Made by a program: the position numbers and the translations under genes
Shown here: piece after piece, positions 22,951 through 34,848 of the stretch
Layout: every line of letters begins with the position of its first letter
How positions within the stretch are numbered: the stretch's first letter is position 1
Assembly (NCBI GenBank): GCA_000004985.1
Contig: GG738869.1
Length of the DNA: 64,000 nt
Origin: Naegleria gruberi
Lineage: Eukaryota
Direction: 5' to 3' (one strand)
The notes under the pieces: model-generated
What the model saw: only the letters and a program-made list of their open reading frames with translations
Told to the model about the DNA's origin: nothing
The model's database searches: none

Positions 22951-23162
22951 ATTTTTTGAACGGCTTACTAATAAAATCCAAATAGTGATAAAAAAATTTC
23001 TAAAAAACAATAGTTCAATTTCTTTTGTAAAATATCAGAAAACTAAATAATTCTCAAAATTATCATAATAAGAGGTCTGGGATTATAAAAGGGTGAATGA
23101 TTCGTGTTGGTGCACATGTGTGGGGTGGTTGGATTTGATATCATCTTTTAAAAAATACCACA

Positions 23163-25150
23163 ATGACTATCAAGCGAGGAATAATATCTTCAAACATGAT
23201 TTTGCAAAAACTGATAATGATGATCATTATAATTGGATTATTCATAAATTCCGAGATGATCAATGCCAATAGAGTTAACGTTCAGGAAATTAGGGAGGCA
23301 AGAAGTGGAATTAAACTTGCTCCTCTTCCGAATAGTAATTCTATGGAGGAATTAAAAGCCTTCAGAGAGGAAAATTATAAATTACTCAAGATTTGGAATC
23401 AAAAGAGAAAATTGAGAAATTCAAAGAGAGGATTTTATTCATCAGATGATTTTCAAATTAGACATGTTCATTTGGCATATACTCAACAACCAAATGAATT
23501 AGTAGTTCAATTTCATACATTTTCCTATCATGATAAATTGGGAAAACCACTGGTGAGGATTGGAAAGTCAGTCAATCAATTAAATGCTGTCTATCATGTT
23601 GGTGCTGTCACAACTGGATACGGAGATACCAATCATACAGGATTTGATCATGCAATTTTGATGAATAATTTGGAATTTGATACTACCTATCATTATCAAG
23701 TTGGGTTGGGAGTTGTGTCACCAAATGGTGTTCCACTCTTTACTGTCCAATCACCAGTCTATAATTTTACTACAAGAAGTGAAGATCCAGATGAAATTAC
23801 TCTTCTCTCCTTTGCTGATATGGGTGTTGTTTTTTCACCGCTCAATGTTAAGAGAATTCAGCAAAGAGTTAGAGAACATGCTGGTAATGGAAACTTTTTC
23901 ATTTGGCATGCAGGTGATATTTCTTATGCTGATTTTTACTTTGGGTTCATGTACCAATTTATTTGGAATTTATGGTTTGAGTACATGGAAGAAATCATGC
24001 CTTATGTTCCTTACATGGTTTCAGTTGGTAGGTTTTCATTTTAGAATAATAACTGATAATTTATGCATTACATTCAAATATGCAACATTGTTGTAACATT
24101 ACATTCAAATGAATACAGGTAATCATGAATATCAACCACGTCATCCTGATGTAGGTCAAGAGTACGAGGTGAGTATAATCTCTCAACGAATTTATCTGTA
24201 ATTTATCAATCATGTTAATAGTTTAATTTTGCCGCATTTAATCACAAGTTTTGGATGCCTTTGCGTAATGATTCTAGTTATGGACACAATATGTGGTATC
24301 ATTTTGATTTTGGTCCAGTAAGATTTGTCTCTCTCGATACAGAAACCAATTTTAAACATGCGCCATTTCCTCCAGTTTTCAATGGAGATCACGTCTCTTA
24401 TATAACCAATTCCTTAAAATCTACTAATAAGGACCAGACACCTTTTGTAATGGTAATTGGTCATAGACCTATTTATTCTGCTGTTCACGACTTTAGTGAT
24501 GCAAGTGGAAATGTTATTGGTCAATCAAAGGTTTATCAAAAGTTGTGGGAAGAATTGTTCCGTGAGACAACCGACTTGTTTATGGCTGGTCACGTACATG
24601 CTTACGGTAAGTAGAAGCAGTTGAGAGGTGCAGACATGACTTAGCACGACCTTAATAATTTTTTAAATTGGATTACACTCACTTCCTTATTCGTATTATT
24701 GGATTTCCAAAGAGAGACAATATCCAGTCTTTAATCAGACAATATATCCCATGCCTGATCCTCAACATTTAGTCTCACCTAATGTTACCATTCACATTAT
24801 TAATGGAAGTGGTGGATGCTTGGAAGGTTTGGAAGAGACTCAGTAAGTTTAAATTTTCACACTCTTTGTAATCTTTGTGTTCCATCGACCTGTTCCATGA
24901 TTCAACTCATGAATCTTGACTAATTTAATCTTTTTTGAAACCAATTTAATGGATTAATGCGACTACATTGTCTAGATGGTACAATAAGAATATTCCTTGG
25001 AATTACAAAATGTTTAATGGTGATGAAGGATATGCAATCTTAAAAGTCCAGAGAAATAGACAAACCAGGCAAGTCACAGCAGAGTGGAAATTTCACACAG
25101 CCACTGAACAACAGGTGATTGATTCGTTTACTTTGGTCAAAAAATATTAA
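23163..25150 (+). CDS. purple acid phosphatase (metallophosphoesterase) with N-terminal signal/TM; 5 exons: 23163..24027, 24119..24168, 24249..24606, 24713..24842, 24976..25150
   Basis: The seven-residue metal-ligand set is spread over the exons: GDISYAD (exon 1), GNHEY (exon 2), VIGHRP and GHVHAYER (exons 3/4), then C-terminal INGSGGCLEG...WKFH. Junctions restore frame: g+gt=Gly, g+ag=Glu, ca+a=Gln. Introns 91, 80, 106, 133 nt, all GT..AG. Confidence 0.85.
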
Positions 25151-25951
25151 ACCATTTTTGAAATTTTGTATTACCAGACTCTCAATACCACATTTATTTT
25201 CAAGAATATAGGCTCTAATTAATATTATTGAATAATAGATTGAATCAGTGAAATTTTATCTTGATCACTTGAATATTGAATCGTTCAATAAAATCACTGA
25301 ATGGAAATGAATATTATTCAGTAAATATCCTAACAAGGATGAGCGTACAATCAATAGGAACTTTTGTTTTACTCCTTATATGAATTTTGAATACTGTAAT
25401 TCTAAATAAGTTCGGCATCATGGCTCCAGTCCAAAATCGAGAAAGCACGCCAAACTTGGCTTACCCAGCAAATTTGTTTCTCAACCTCAACAAACGCTGG
25501 TAATCTTTGCGACTCAAAAAGACGCACACACAAGAAGGAAGTGAAGAGGTGCATCTCTGCCTCTCACGCACTTGTACCTTCATACTCTCAACCTCAAGTG
25601 CAGAATTAAGGCGGCAATTTTGAATACAACTCGAAAAAAAAGACAACAAACAACACACAACCCTCTCAAACATTGTACCTCCTTAGCAAGAGTTCCATCA
25701 CTGAACAAGCAAGAGGGCATTATCTGAATAGACATAATCACTAACACCTTAATCACATCAACAACAAGTGTTTGAAGCACTTCACCCTACTCTGAATACA
25801 TCCGTTCGTGTTAATTATATACCAAGTTAACACTTCAATATTCACTCAAACTATTATTAGCCAATCAGTTTGATATCATTATTGCACCTCCACTACTCGA
25901 TTTCACAAGTGAAAAAAAGTGCAATAGACACCCAACACTGAATCTGGTTTT

Positions 25952-26893
25952 ATGTTTGTGAAGAAAGTTCCCAATCTATCCTACATCGAAAAGATACGAG
26001 TAGTAAATCAATTACAAACTCAATCCTCTAGCAATACAAGCCTATCTGCTATACAACCAACCAATACTACTATAACAAGTACTAGTAACAACAATACCTC
26101 TAAACAGTCTAGTAATAAGCCTACAAGCTCTCTCTCAAATATGCTTTTAACACGCACCTACAACAATACTACTAATAACTATCACTACGGACACTATATG
26201 CCTCACAAAACAACATCAAACAAGACATCCAATGTGCAATTAATGGACCATCCAAACATTCCTCCATACTTGTTGGCAATGGCCAAGAACAGCCAAATTG
26301 TTCAACACGAGAAGGAATCTGAAAGAGTCAATGCATTCCAAAAGCTTACTATTCAAACTCCAACAACAACCCTCCAAACCAACTACTCAAGCTCCTCTCT
26401 CAATGTACTTGCTCAATCACCATGTAGTCCTTCCTCAATGCTTGACTCATCTCCAACACCAAACACCAAGAGTGATTCCAAATCTGTCAAGCGTTTCATT
26501 GCTCACTCTCAAACTCACAACTTGATCCAAAGGAATGATCTCGTCTTTATCAATATTGATGAAGAGTTGTCAATTCTTAATATGATTGATCCACTCTTCC
26601 ACGGAAAGATTGGTATCATTTCTGAGATTAGAGAAGACGATTGTGTCATTGAAGTAGTTGAGAATAATCAAAAGAATAATGATGACAATATGTGCTTTAT
26701 GAACATGACAGTCAATCAACCAATTTCACACAGCTTCCAACCTCAATCAATGTTAAGAAAGGAATTGAACAAGTCTTCTCGTCCTAGTGTGAGACCTTTG
26801 AAGAGAAAGATTGTTGTTCCAATCTTCTGTTTGTGCTTGGAAGATGCTGTTCTCAAGGAAAGACTCGCCAATAACAATGGATATCAAAGGTAA
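25952..26893 (+). CDS. hypothetical Ser/Thr/Asn-rich protein (313 aa)
   Basis: ATG 25952; long S/T/N low-complexity N-half and more ordered C-half (LVFINIDEELSILNMIDPLFHGKIGIISEIREDDCVIEVVEN); no domain recognised. Confidence 0.45.
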   Translation: MFVKKVPNLSYIEKIRVVNQLQTQSSSNTSLSAIQPTNTTITSTSNNNTSKQSSNKPTSSLSNMLLTRTYNNTTNNYHYGHYMPHKTTSNKTSNVQLMDHPNIPPYLLAMAKNSQIVQHEKESERVNAFQKLTIQTPTTTLQTNYSSSSLNVLAQSPCSPSSMLDSSPTPNTKSDSKSVKRFIAHSQTHNLIQRNDLVFINIDEELSILNMIDPLFHGKIGIISEIREDDCVIEVVENNQKNNDDNMCFMNMTVNQPISHSFQPQSMLRKELNKSSRPSVRPLKRKIVVPIFCLCLEDAVLKERLANNNGYQR

Positions 26894-27568
26894 CCCTCAA
26901 CACAGTCTGTTTCAACTAGATTGTTGAACTGTAATTTGGTGTTAAAATACGGTGGATGGATCATGTTGAGTTCTCACTCTTGAGATTGAAAATCAGCAAT
27001 ATTCGCATGACCAAAGAAAACCAATAGATAAAGTAAGAAATAAAGTCCTCTTATCAAAATATAGAAATCAATTGTTCAAATCAAAGATGAGGGAGCACAA
27101 AGGAGTTTTACACGAACTCTAAATATTTGTGCATGTTACAGGTTCATCAACTTATTGAGGTTGAAGAATCCTCTATCAATTTTGAGAAGCTGTCGCAGAT
27201 TGTGTCCTGTAAGGTTCAATATTTCATGGTGGATACTTGAGTACAGGTTCAGGTCCATAACACCACCCCGACTCTTAATGGACGAGTATCCAATTATATC
27301 CTTTTCCTTTTGTAATGAAAAATAAGAAACAAAAGAATCGTGCTTAAGGCTAACTGGAATAAGAATCCTAAATAAACTGTTATCCAGTACGGATTCTTAG
27401 TGATTCATTGTATAAATTTTGATACAACGTATACTGCAATGAAAATATTCAAAATCTTAATATTCATTTCTAATTTCACTTATTAGAAACCTCTCTTACA
27501 ACTCACGTTTCACATTACATTGAAAATTGCAATATTTAATTTTTTAAAATTAAATAATTAATATAAAA

Positions 27569-29011
27569 ATGTCCAAACCGCCTTCATCACGTTATTGTCT
27601 CATTCAATATCGTGAAATTCCCAGTGAAATTTGGTATTGGATCATTTCATATTCGGATCATGATGAATTATGTAATTTGGAGAAGACTTGTAAATATTTT
27701 CGGAATGAATTGTTATCCAATGAAGGCTACATTCGTCTCATTGTCAATAATTTAATTTTAAATGATGAACAAGAGGATGATACAAAGTCTAAACGAAAAA
27801 CCTCTTCAATTTTGGATGATATTGATTCACCACTTTCTTCACCATCATCATACAATTTTAATAATAATTTTAATAAGGAAAGGATGCAAAATCAATTTAA
27901 AGAAGCCTCCGAAAGGATTATTCATGAAATTATGGCAGGACACTCGACACGATCCAAACAAATATTGAAGGAATATATTTTCGATAGAATTATGAAGGAA
28001 AATGTTTCGGAGAAGAGGAGGGAAGAGTTGATTAATTATTTGGTGGTTGATGAATTCAAGTTTCAATCGGTGAGGGATTTGTATATTGCATGTCATTTGT
28101 ATAATATTAATCCTTTCATTTCGTGGAAACAAACAATTCCATCAACAAGTAATGATGATACCTATAATAGAGCTCTTGTGAATAATTATGAGAGAATTAA
28201 GAGTGGGGATTTGTGTGTTCATTGGAAAGGAGTGGTCATACAGAATAGTCAAAATCTTCTCACTTGTTATTTGATTGATGATGATTTGTTCAATGTGGAA
28301 TTTTCATGTTTACCAATTGTAACATTGACCAATGTTAGGAATATTCAGAATTTTAATTATTTGGAAACCATAGAGTTTATTGGCAGAATTGATTCAATTC
28401 CCTACACGAATAGAACCAATAATAAGGTCATTGGATATATTCAGGGAGTTCACTCACTGGTAGATCAATTCAGTGGGTTAGTTTCTTACTATGTGCCAGC
28501 CTATTCTACAGTGGATCAATCATTCAAAAACAAACTTTATACACTGCTCACAATTCAAGGAAGTGGAACTCTCATAAGAAAGGTTTTATCCAACAGAATT
28601 GAGAATAGAAATCTGTCAATTTCAAAGTACAAACTATCATCGAAACACTATCTAGGAAATGTTATCAAGTGGAATAGTCAAATATTATGGAAGGTCGTTT
28701 TCAATTCTCACAAATACATGTTGGTGAGATCATTTGATAGAAATGACTCTCTGTTGCATATTGTTCATTGTGGAGGTAGTAGTGAAACTCTTCCAACACC
28801 TGGTCAGATAGTTTCACTCAAAGCTACAGCTGTCAATGATCGATTTTTCATTTTAAAAAGTATTGAACAGCTATCAGAAGAAGAGAATGATCAAGCCAAT
28901 GAAAATTTAAGATTCTCCCCAATTGTTAAAATAATTCTAGGATTATTTTGGCTATTTTATGTTTGCATTGCATGGATTGTTTCTCTAATAAGTGGATGGA
29001 AATTATTTTAA
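27569..29011 (+). CDS. F-box-like protein with C-terminal transmembrane helix (480 aa)
   Basis: N-terminal IWYWIISYSDHDELCNLEKTCKYFRNEL (F-box-like); C-terminal ILGLFWLFYVCIAWIVSLISGW hydrophobic helix; ATG 27569. Confidence 0.5.
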   Translation: MSKPPSSRYCLIQYREIPSEIWYWIISYSDHDELCNLEKTCKYFRNELLSNEGYIRLIVNNLILNDEQEDDTKSKRKTSSILDDIDSPLSSPSSYNFNNNFNKERMQNQFKEASERIIHEIMAGHSTRSKQILKEYIFDRIMKENVSEKRREELINYLVVDEFKFQSVRDLYIACHLYNINPFISWKQTIPSTSNDDTYNRALVNNYERIKSGDLCVHWKGVVIQNSQNLLTCYLIDDDLFNVEFSCLPIVTLTNVRNIQNFNYLETIEFIGRIDSIPYTNRTNNKVIGYIQGVHSLVDQFSGLVSYYVPAYSTVDQSFKNKLYTLLTIQGSGTLIRKVLSNRIENRNLSISKYKLSSKHYLGNVIKWNSQILWKVVFNSHKYMLVRSFDRNDSLLHIVHCGGSSETLPTPGQIVSLKATAVNDRFFILKSIEQLSEEENDQANENLRFSPIVKIILGLFWLFYVCIAWIVSLISGWKLF

Positions 29012-29152
29012 ATAAACCATTGTCATAGATTACAATTTCCAATTTATTGCAACAAAACATTAGTTTAAATCAAAGAAAAAAATGCAAATCTCACAAAATC
29101 TTCCTTCTGCTGAATCGTATCACAAATTAATCTCTTCAATATTGGTAAACTT

Positions 29153-30079
29153 GATGAGGCCGTATCCATCTTCTCCGAAGGTATTTCATTGCATCCACAA
29201 GAACCAGAATTATATTGCAATAGAGCTAATTGTTTCCTCCGATTAGGAGATGTTCAAAATGCTCTCCAAGATTACAATCACAGTTTAAAAATCAAACCAG
29301 ACTATGCAGAAGGTTTCGGCAATAGAGGAATGCTCTATTATCGAATGAAAGAATTCAATGGGGCATTTGATGATTTCACACGAGCTATTCAACTCAATCC
29401 AAATGATCCTATTCACTATTACAATAGGGGGAATATTTCAAGAAGGAGAGGCAATTATTCAGAGGCACTTAAGGATTATGATCGAGCATTGGAATTGAAT
29501 GCCAATTTTTCACAAGTACTAACAATGAGAGGTGCCACTTACTTTGAAATTGAAGAGTTTGAGAAGGCCATTGCTGATTGTGAGAGGAGTATTGCTTTGG
29601 ATCCAAGTGATAATTGTAATTTGTTGGTGAGGGGAAAGTCGTATTTCAAGAGTGGAAATTTAATTGCTGCCTTTGCTGATTTGATGGATTATTTGAAAAC
29701 TGAGCAGAATAATTCTGATGCTTTAAGTTATTTGGTCAAGCTCTACAAGATTATGAAGCAATTTGATACGGCCTATGAGTTTTTGCTTCATATTGGAGAG
29801 ATTGAGGGATTGAGCTTTGAGAATGTTTATGAGAGAGCTGAATGCTTGGAGGAAATGAAGAATTATCCTCTTGCTATCAAACATTGGACTGCAATCATGG
29901 ATAATGAGCCTCAAAATCCACGAATTATGGAAATCCTTTTGAGAAGAGGACAATGCTACATGGAAAATAAGGAATTTTCTAATGCTATTAAGGATTTCCA
30001 ATCAGTAATTGAGTCAACAAGTTCAGAAAATGAATTGAAGGAAAGTGCTAAACAGCTCATCCAAGCTTGTGAACAATAA
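29153..30079 (+). CDS. TPR-repeat protein (at least 6 TPR units); 5' end and start codon uncertain because of an apparent 1-nt frameshift at 29158-29161
   Basis: 34-residue repeats with the ..YxNRG....G.Y..A..DY..AL.L.P.. pattern (PDYAEGFGNRGMLYYRMKEFNGAFDDFTRAIQLN, PNDPIHYYNRGNISRRRGNYSEALKDYDRALELN, etc.). ATG 29153 is in frame; the preceding TPR half-repeat LFNIGKLDEA sits in the +1 frame immediately upstream. Confidence 0.6.
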   Translation, partial: DEAVSIFSEGISLHPQEPELYCNRANCFLRLGDVQNALQDYNHSLKIKPDYAEGFGNRGMLYYRMKEFNGAFDDFTRAIQLNPNDPIHYYNRGNISRRRGNYSEALKDYDRALELNANFSQVLTMRGATYFEIEEFEKAIADCERSIALDPSDNCNLLVRGKSYFKSGNLIAAFADLMDYLKTEQNNSDALSYLVKLYKIMKQFDTAYEFLLHIGEIEGLSFENVYERAECLEEMKNYPLAIKHWTAIMDNEPQNPRIMEILLRRGQCYMENKEFSNAIKDFQSVIESTSSENELKESAKQLIQACEQ

Positions 30080-30163
30080 TTCAAATATTTTCCACTTTGG
30101 TTGTAATTATAATTCCACAATTGTTTCTACATTCAATAAATTAATTTATTCTCATATTACTAT

Positions 30164-30540
30164 TTACATTACAATACACCATCCACTTTCCTTTTCTTCT
30201 TCCTTTTCCTCCTTCTTTTCAGCCTTCTTTTCAGCTGTTTTAATTCCAAATGTTCCTTTCACTATTTAATTATTTTCATATTAATTAATATTTAAAATAT
30301 TGTAATAAATAATATTTAAATATTAATATATTAACTTCATCATGATCAAAACCTACCAAAATTCATAGTTTTATGATAAGGACACTTGCTCACATCGGAA
30401 GCTCCTGCTGCTTTATGTAATTTTTGTAATTTTGTTTCATCCTTTGAATTATTTGCCACTAATTGAGCCAAATCATTCTTTTTCTGCGAAGAAGCACTCG
30501 ATGATGATGAAGAAACGGTTGCAACGTTCGTTGAAGACAT
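30164..30540 (-). CDS. small protein (93 aa if spliced) ending in CaaX box CIVM; exon 1 30540..30357, putative intron 30356..30262 (95 nt, GTAGGT..ATAG), exon 2 30261..30164. Unspliced alternative is 64 aa ending ..NFGRF, 30346..30540
   Basis: Minus strand ATG at 30540: MSSTNVATVSSSSSSASSQKKNDLAQLVANNSKDETKLQKLHKAAGASDVSKCPYHKTMNFG. Strong donor GTAGGT directly after Gly. The spliced continuation VKGTFGIKTAEKKAEKKEEKEEEKESGWCIVM* ends in a farnesylation-type CaaX box. Confidence 0.4.
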
Positions 30541-31451
30541 TGTTTTTTTTGATTGAATTGTTTCCCGCCAAGCACACCAGTAAATTTTTCAATTTTAAAA
30601 AAAAAACAAAAAACACAACTTCAGTCCGTTTATTGAGGACAAATAGAATTGAATGCGATCATTACCTCATAATGATGATTTAATGATGAAGAATTGGGAA
30701 AGAAATTGTGAGAAGGAAAATATTAAGGAAATAATGTAATTTGATTGGATAATTAATATTTTATGCAATTAATTTGGGATAATGGGCTCAAGCGGAAGGA
30801 GAAGAATGGAATTGGTTCTTTTCTTACTTGTTATTACTTTAATTTATAATCAATTAATTTTAATTATTTATTATATATTTTGTTTGGAGAGTTTGGCTAG
30901 TGTTTGGACTACAGTGAAGAATTTGCAAAATGATATTAGAAATTGAATACACTTTGTGAAATTATGTATCCTAATGTGATGTAATGGAATAAATGACTGA
31001 AATCGCTAAATATGAATTAAATAAGAAGAACTAGCTTCATGGTTTGATGGAATTGTCACCACTTTCCAATAATCTCTCTTGAAATTTATCCTAAACTCAG
31101 ATGCAAATAGAAACAAAGATTCCAAAACCAACAATCGGCGAATATTGTACTACTCTCTTAACACTATTGTATTAAATTACAATGGAGACATTACAATTTT
31201 TGGAACTAGGATTATTCCTTCTTCAGGATTCGCTTTCGTTCTTGCTTCCATTTTTACGATTCACTTTCCAATAAAAATTAAAGAGTTCGGGCCTGCTACC
31301 AAATTTCACCATTAATATCACAATTGTAAAGACATGTCAAATCGATTCCCCACATCTATTTCTCACTTTCCATCTTGGCAATTAATTAGGTGCCAAGAGT
31401 CAAGTTTTTTCGCGGCCAAACAGGTTTCGATAATAAACAATTATTAAAAAA

Positions 31452-33554
31452 ATGGGTCAAACAATAACTGCACCATTATGTTCTCTAACACTATTCCTCA
31501 TCCTTCTTTCTCATTGTTTCGTATTGTCATCAGAAATTGCCTCCTTTCAGTCAGTTTCGTTTCCAGTTCTCAATGCAAACATTTTCAAACCAGTTCAAGT
31601 TAAGAATTTCGTTTTCATTCCACCTTACGATTCTCCAAGCTTGGATTTCTGTGCACCATTCGATGAGAAACAAAATTCCTCAGTAAAATTACTTGTAAGC
31701 AAAGTTTCTCGATCCAAGTTTCCAACACAAAACATGATTGAACGAAACTGTTTCAGATATTTTTGCACTCTATCTAACGAAACATCATATGAGCATTATA
31801 ATGCAACTCAGAGAATGTCAAAGAATGAATTATATAGAAGTGAAGTATGTTTTTTAAGAAATAGTCTCATTTCTCACACAGTTTAGTTTGCTTTCCTTTT
31901 TAATTATTGTTTCTTATGCAATAGTTCAGAGGCAAGAACCTTCAGAGAGGCCATTTCCACTACAGAAAGGCCTACGTGTAGAGAGTTTCCCTCCACACAT
32001 CATCAAATGGTTTCACTCATGAATGAACATTGCATTTCTGCTTCTGGCTTACAGAATGAAAATAATTTAACTCAACCAAATATGGATTATTCAAATAGTG
32101 GAAAGGGAATACATTTTGGTATAATGGATGCTCGATTTTTTGAGGCAACTAGTGTTTATTCTCAAACTCTTGCCAAGATTATACCTAAAGATTGGTCAAC
32201 AGACAATTTGGCTTATTTTTTCAAGTCAATGTTTCCAATAGAGTCAACAGGATCACAATTTACATCAAGTGAAATGCCAATGTTCTGCCATTGTGGTAAA
32301 ACCAATGATTTTTCATTTAGATGTTATGACGTTAATCACATGTTTCTAACTCCGTACAGATACCAAACGTCACCAATCATTTTCCTATTCTTTTCCATCG
32401 TGTCAAGTATTTTCTTTGTTTTGGGAGTTGTCATTCCAAGATGCAAGGTAACATTCTCAATATTAACTCAAAAACCAGATTTCAAAAAGGATGAAAATTT
32501 CTATTTTGGAACTTCTGAAGCAACTCATATCATTCTCAGATATTTGAGAGCTATTTGGTTGATTACATTTGGTGATATCAAATTCCATTCGATATTTTGG
32601 AATTCACTCCTCTTGATTTTAATGTACTTGGTAGAAATTACCTACTTTGCAAGAGCATTCACTGAACCAATTTTGAATTTCACAATTGATGACACAGGTG
32701 GAACGATTAGAGCAATTGCATTCGTGTCATTGGCATTGTGTTTCAGTTCAATGATTGTCCATTGGAGTCATACTTTGGATTTAATTAAGAAAGCCAAGTC
32801 TAAGGGAGCTCTTTCCATTTTGAATAGCTCAATTACTTTATCATTTTACTTGTTCATGATTGCATTCTTGGTGGTTGGATTGATTGTGGCTGTGGTCACG
32901 AATGTATTGTCCATGTTTTTCTTTTTCCTTTCTATATTGTATACTACCTTGTCATTAATATTTTGTGTTGTTTTCACACTGGTTGGCGTGACTATTCTTA
33001 TTAGATTGAGAAAAGGAAAGACAAATGTGATTGGTGTCAAGTTGACTAAATCTACCATGGTAATGAATGCTATTAATTTCTTACTAGTCTTGTCAACAGG
33101 TATTTCAATGCCAACATTTTTCATTGGATGGGACATTTTCAGTGTGGAATTGGGGTTATTAAGAGGAACTGTCTTTGACATCTTTTTGCTATTGGCCTCT
33201 AACTGTGTCACTTACATTTTGTACACTCCATTAGAAGGTAAAACTGTTTATGGAGAGACATGTAGTGATACAGTTCATAGAATTCTCAATTGTGAGTGCC
33301 GTTTTCTAATGAGAAGTGAGGATGAGGATGGAAATATTGAGAATGCAAAGAGTTCATCATCAAGAAGTGGACATTTGAGGAATAAGAATGTTGAACATGT
33401 GAAGAAGAATGAACCCATGCCACACTTTGGTTCTCCAAGTTCTAGTCAATCAGATTTGTCAAATGCTTCGATAGATTGTCCTATCGTTCCTCAAGAGGAA
33501 GGTACAGAAATGATGGAGGTTAGTCCTAAAGAATCCAAAGAAGTTATTGAATAA
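31452..33554 (+). CDS. seven-transmembrane receptor-like protein with signal peptide and Cys-containing N-terminal ectodomain; exons 31452..31844 and 31887..33554 (42-nt GTATGT..TTTAG intron; an alternative acceptor at 31949 gives a 105-nt intron)
   Basis: Exon 1 has signal peptide MGQTITAPLCSLTLFLILLSHCFVLS. Exon 2 has seven hydrophobic helices (PIIFLFFSIVSSIFFVLGVVI ... VFDIFLLLASNCVTYILYT) and a C-terminal S-rich cytoplasmic tail. The two track ORFs are in compatible phase. Confidence 0.55.
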
Positions 33555-33614
33555 ATTCCTTCAATCTCTATTCTGATCATATTTGTTCATAAAGTATTTG
33601 GTCAAGAATTAACT

Positions 33615-34728
33615 TTATTGTTGTGGATTCTTGATATCAAATTGAGCCTTGACGTGTCCCTTGTGATTAATAAATGAAACGCTCATGGATGATTTGGTCA
33701 ATTGAACAGCTGTGAATGCAGATTCTTCCAAATAATATTTCAATCCAGGATGAGTTGGATCAATTTCACCCTTATGGACCTTACTTCCACCTCCACTGAC
33801 AATTTGATGCATACAATTATTTCCATTACAATCAAATCCATTCAAATATTGTAAATTGTGATCGTGTCCAGATAAGTAAACATAAAATCCATTCTTTTGA
33901 AGGAATGGTTCCAACTTTTTGGTAATATCAATATTGTCTCCATGTTTACCAGCAGACTTGATTGGATGGTGACCAACAGCAATCTTGAAACTAATTTGGT
34001 TTTCTCTAGAAATACTATCAATAGTTTGTTGCATGAATGCAAGTTGTCTATTGATGTCCTTTTGAAGAACAAGTGCAGTCATATTGACCTTGGAACTGGC
34101 ATAATATGATTCAATCATTGGACTTGTATCAAAAACAGCAAGTAGAATATTCAAATTACCAACCGAAATCACTCTAGCATAATATTCATTAGGCAAATAA
34201 AACTTGCTCGAATGTTTCTCTCCATTATTATACCTCAAACTGTACTCCACTTCAGCATGAGCATACCCATAATATTCATGATTTCCTAATGCATTATAAA
34301 ATTGGTTACCAAAAGCATGACGAGGTCTATAAACATCTTCAAAACTTGATTGAAATTGTGAATCATGAATTCCAGAAACTCCATTCGGATAGAAATTATC
34401 ACCCACTCCAAGAGAGAAATCACAACTTGGAGCCACACTTGTACACCATTTAGCCATTTGTTGGGCAACCTCAAGCTATTTCCAAATTGGAATTATTATC
34501 CAAATTATTTAATTTATATAAATTTACCTGATTATCACCTCCATTTCTTCCATAATCTCCAATCACTGTAAAATAGGCTACATTTCCATCATCGGATGCT
34601 GATAATACTTTCTTATTTCCAACTCCAACCTTCAAATGAAAGCCTTCAACACCCGAACGGATAAAGTTCAACACGACAACAACAAGCAGAACAACCAAGA
34701 GAAAAAATCTATCAACTTGTTGAGACAT
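33615..34728 (-). CDS. tartrate-resistant (type 5)-like acid phosphatase / metallophosphoesterase with signal peptide; exons 34728..34528 and 34469..33615; intron 34527..34470 (58 nt)
   Basis: FTVIGDYGRNGGDNQ | VAQQMAKW..SLGVGDNFY...GNHEY...VGHHP...SGHDHNLQY follows the ACP5 motif order (GDWG, GDNFY, GNHD, GH..., GHDH). Intron boundaries GTAAAT..TTGAG keep the frame. Confidence 0.8.
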
Positions 34729-34848
34729 TTTTTTGTAATGATTTTTTAAAATAGATTATAAGAGGTGTTTCATGGTGAGGAGTTAATTTTTCCAAATAAA
34801 GAAGATTGTAAAAAGATTTTTCATTGAAATACAGTGAATATTGATGAA

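Noticed and set aside
21702-23010. Multiple ORFs overlapping EF-1alpha in other frames and on the minus strand (e.g. 21970..23010 -, 346 aa)
   Set aside because: Shadow ORFs of a highly expressed, codon-biased gene; the EF-1alpha frame is unambiguous.
30045-30269. + strand ORF of 74 aa (S/F-rich) overlapping the small gene region
   Set aside because: Exactly antisense to the K/E-rich second exon of the minus-strand small gene, with low-complexity FSSSFSSFF composition; starts at GTG.
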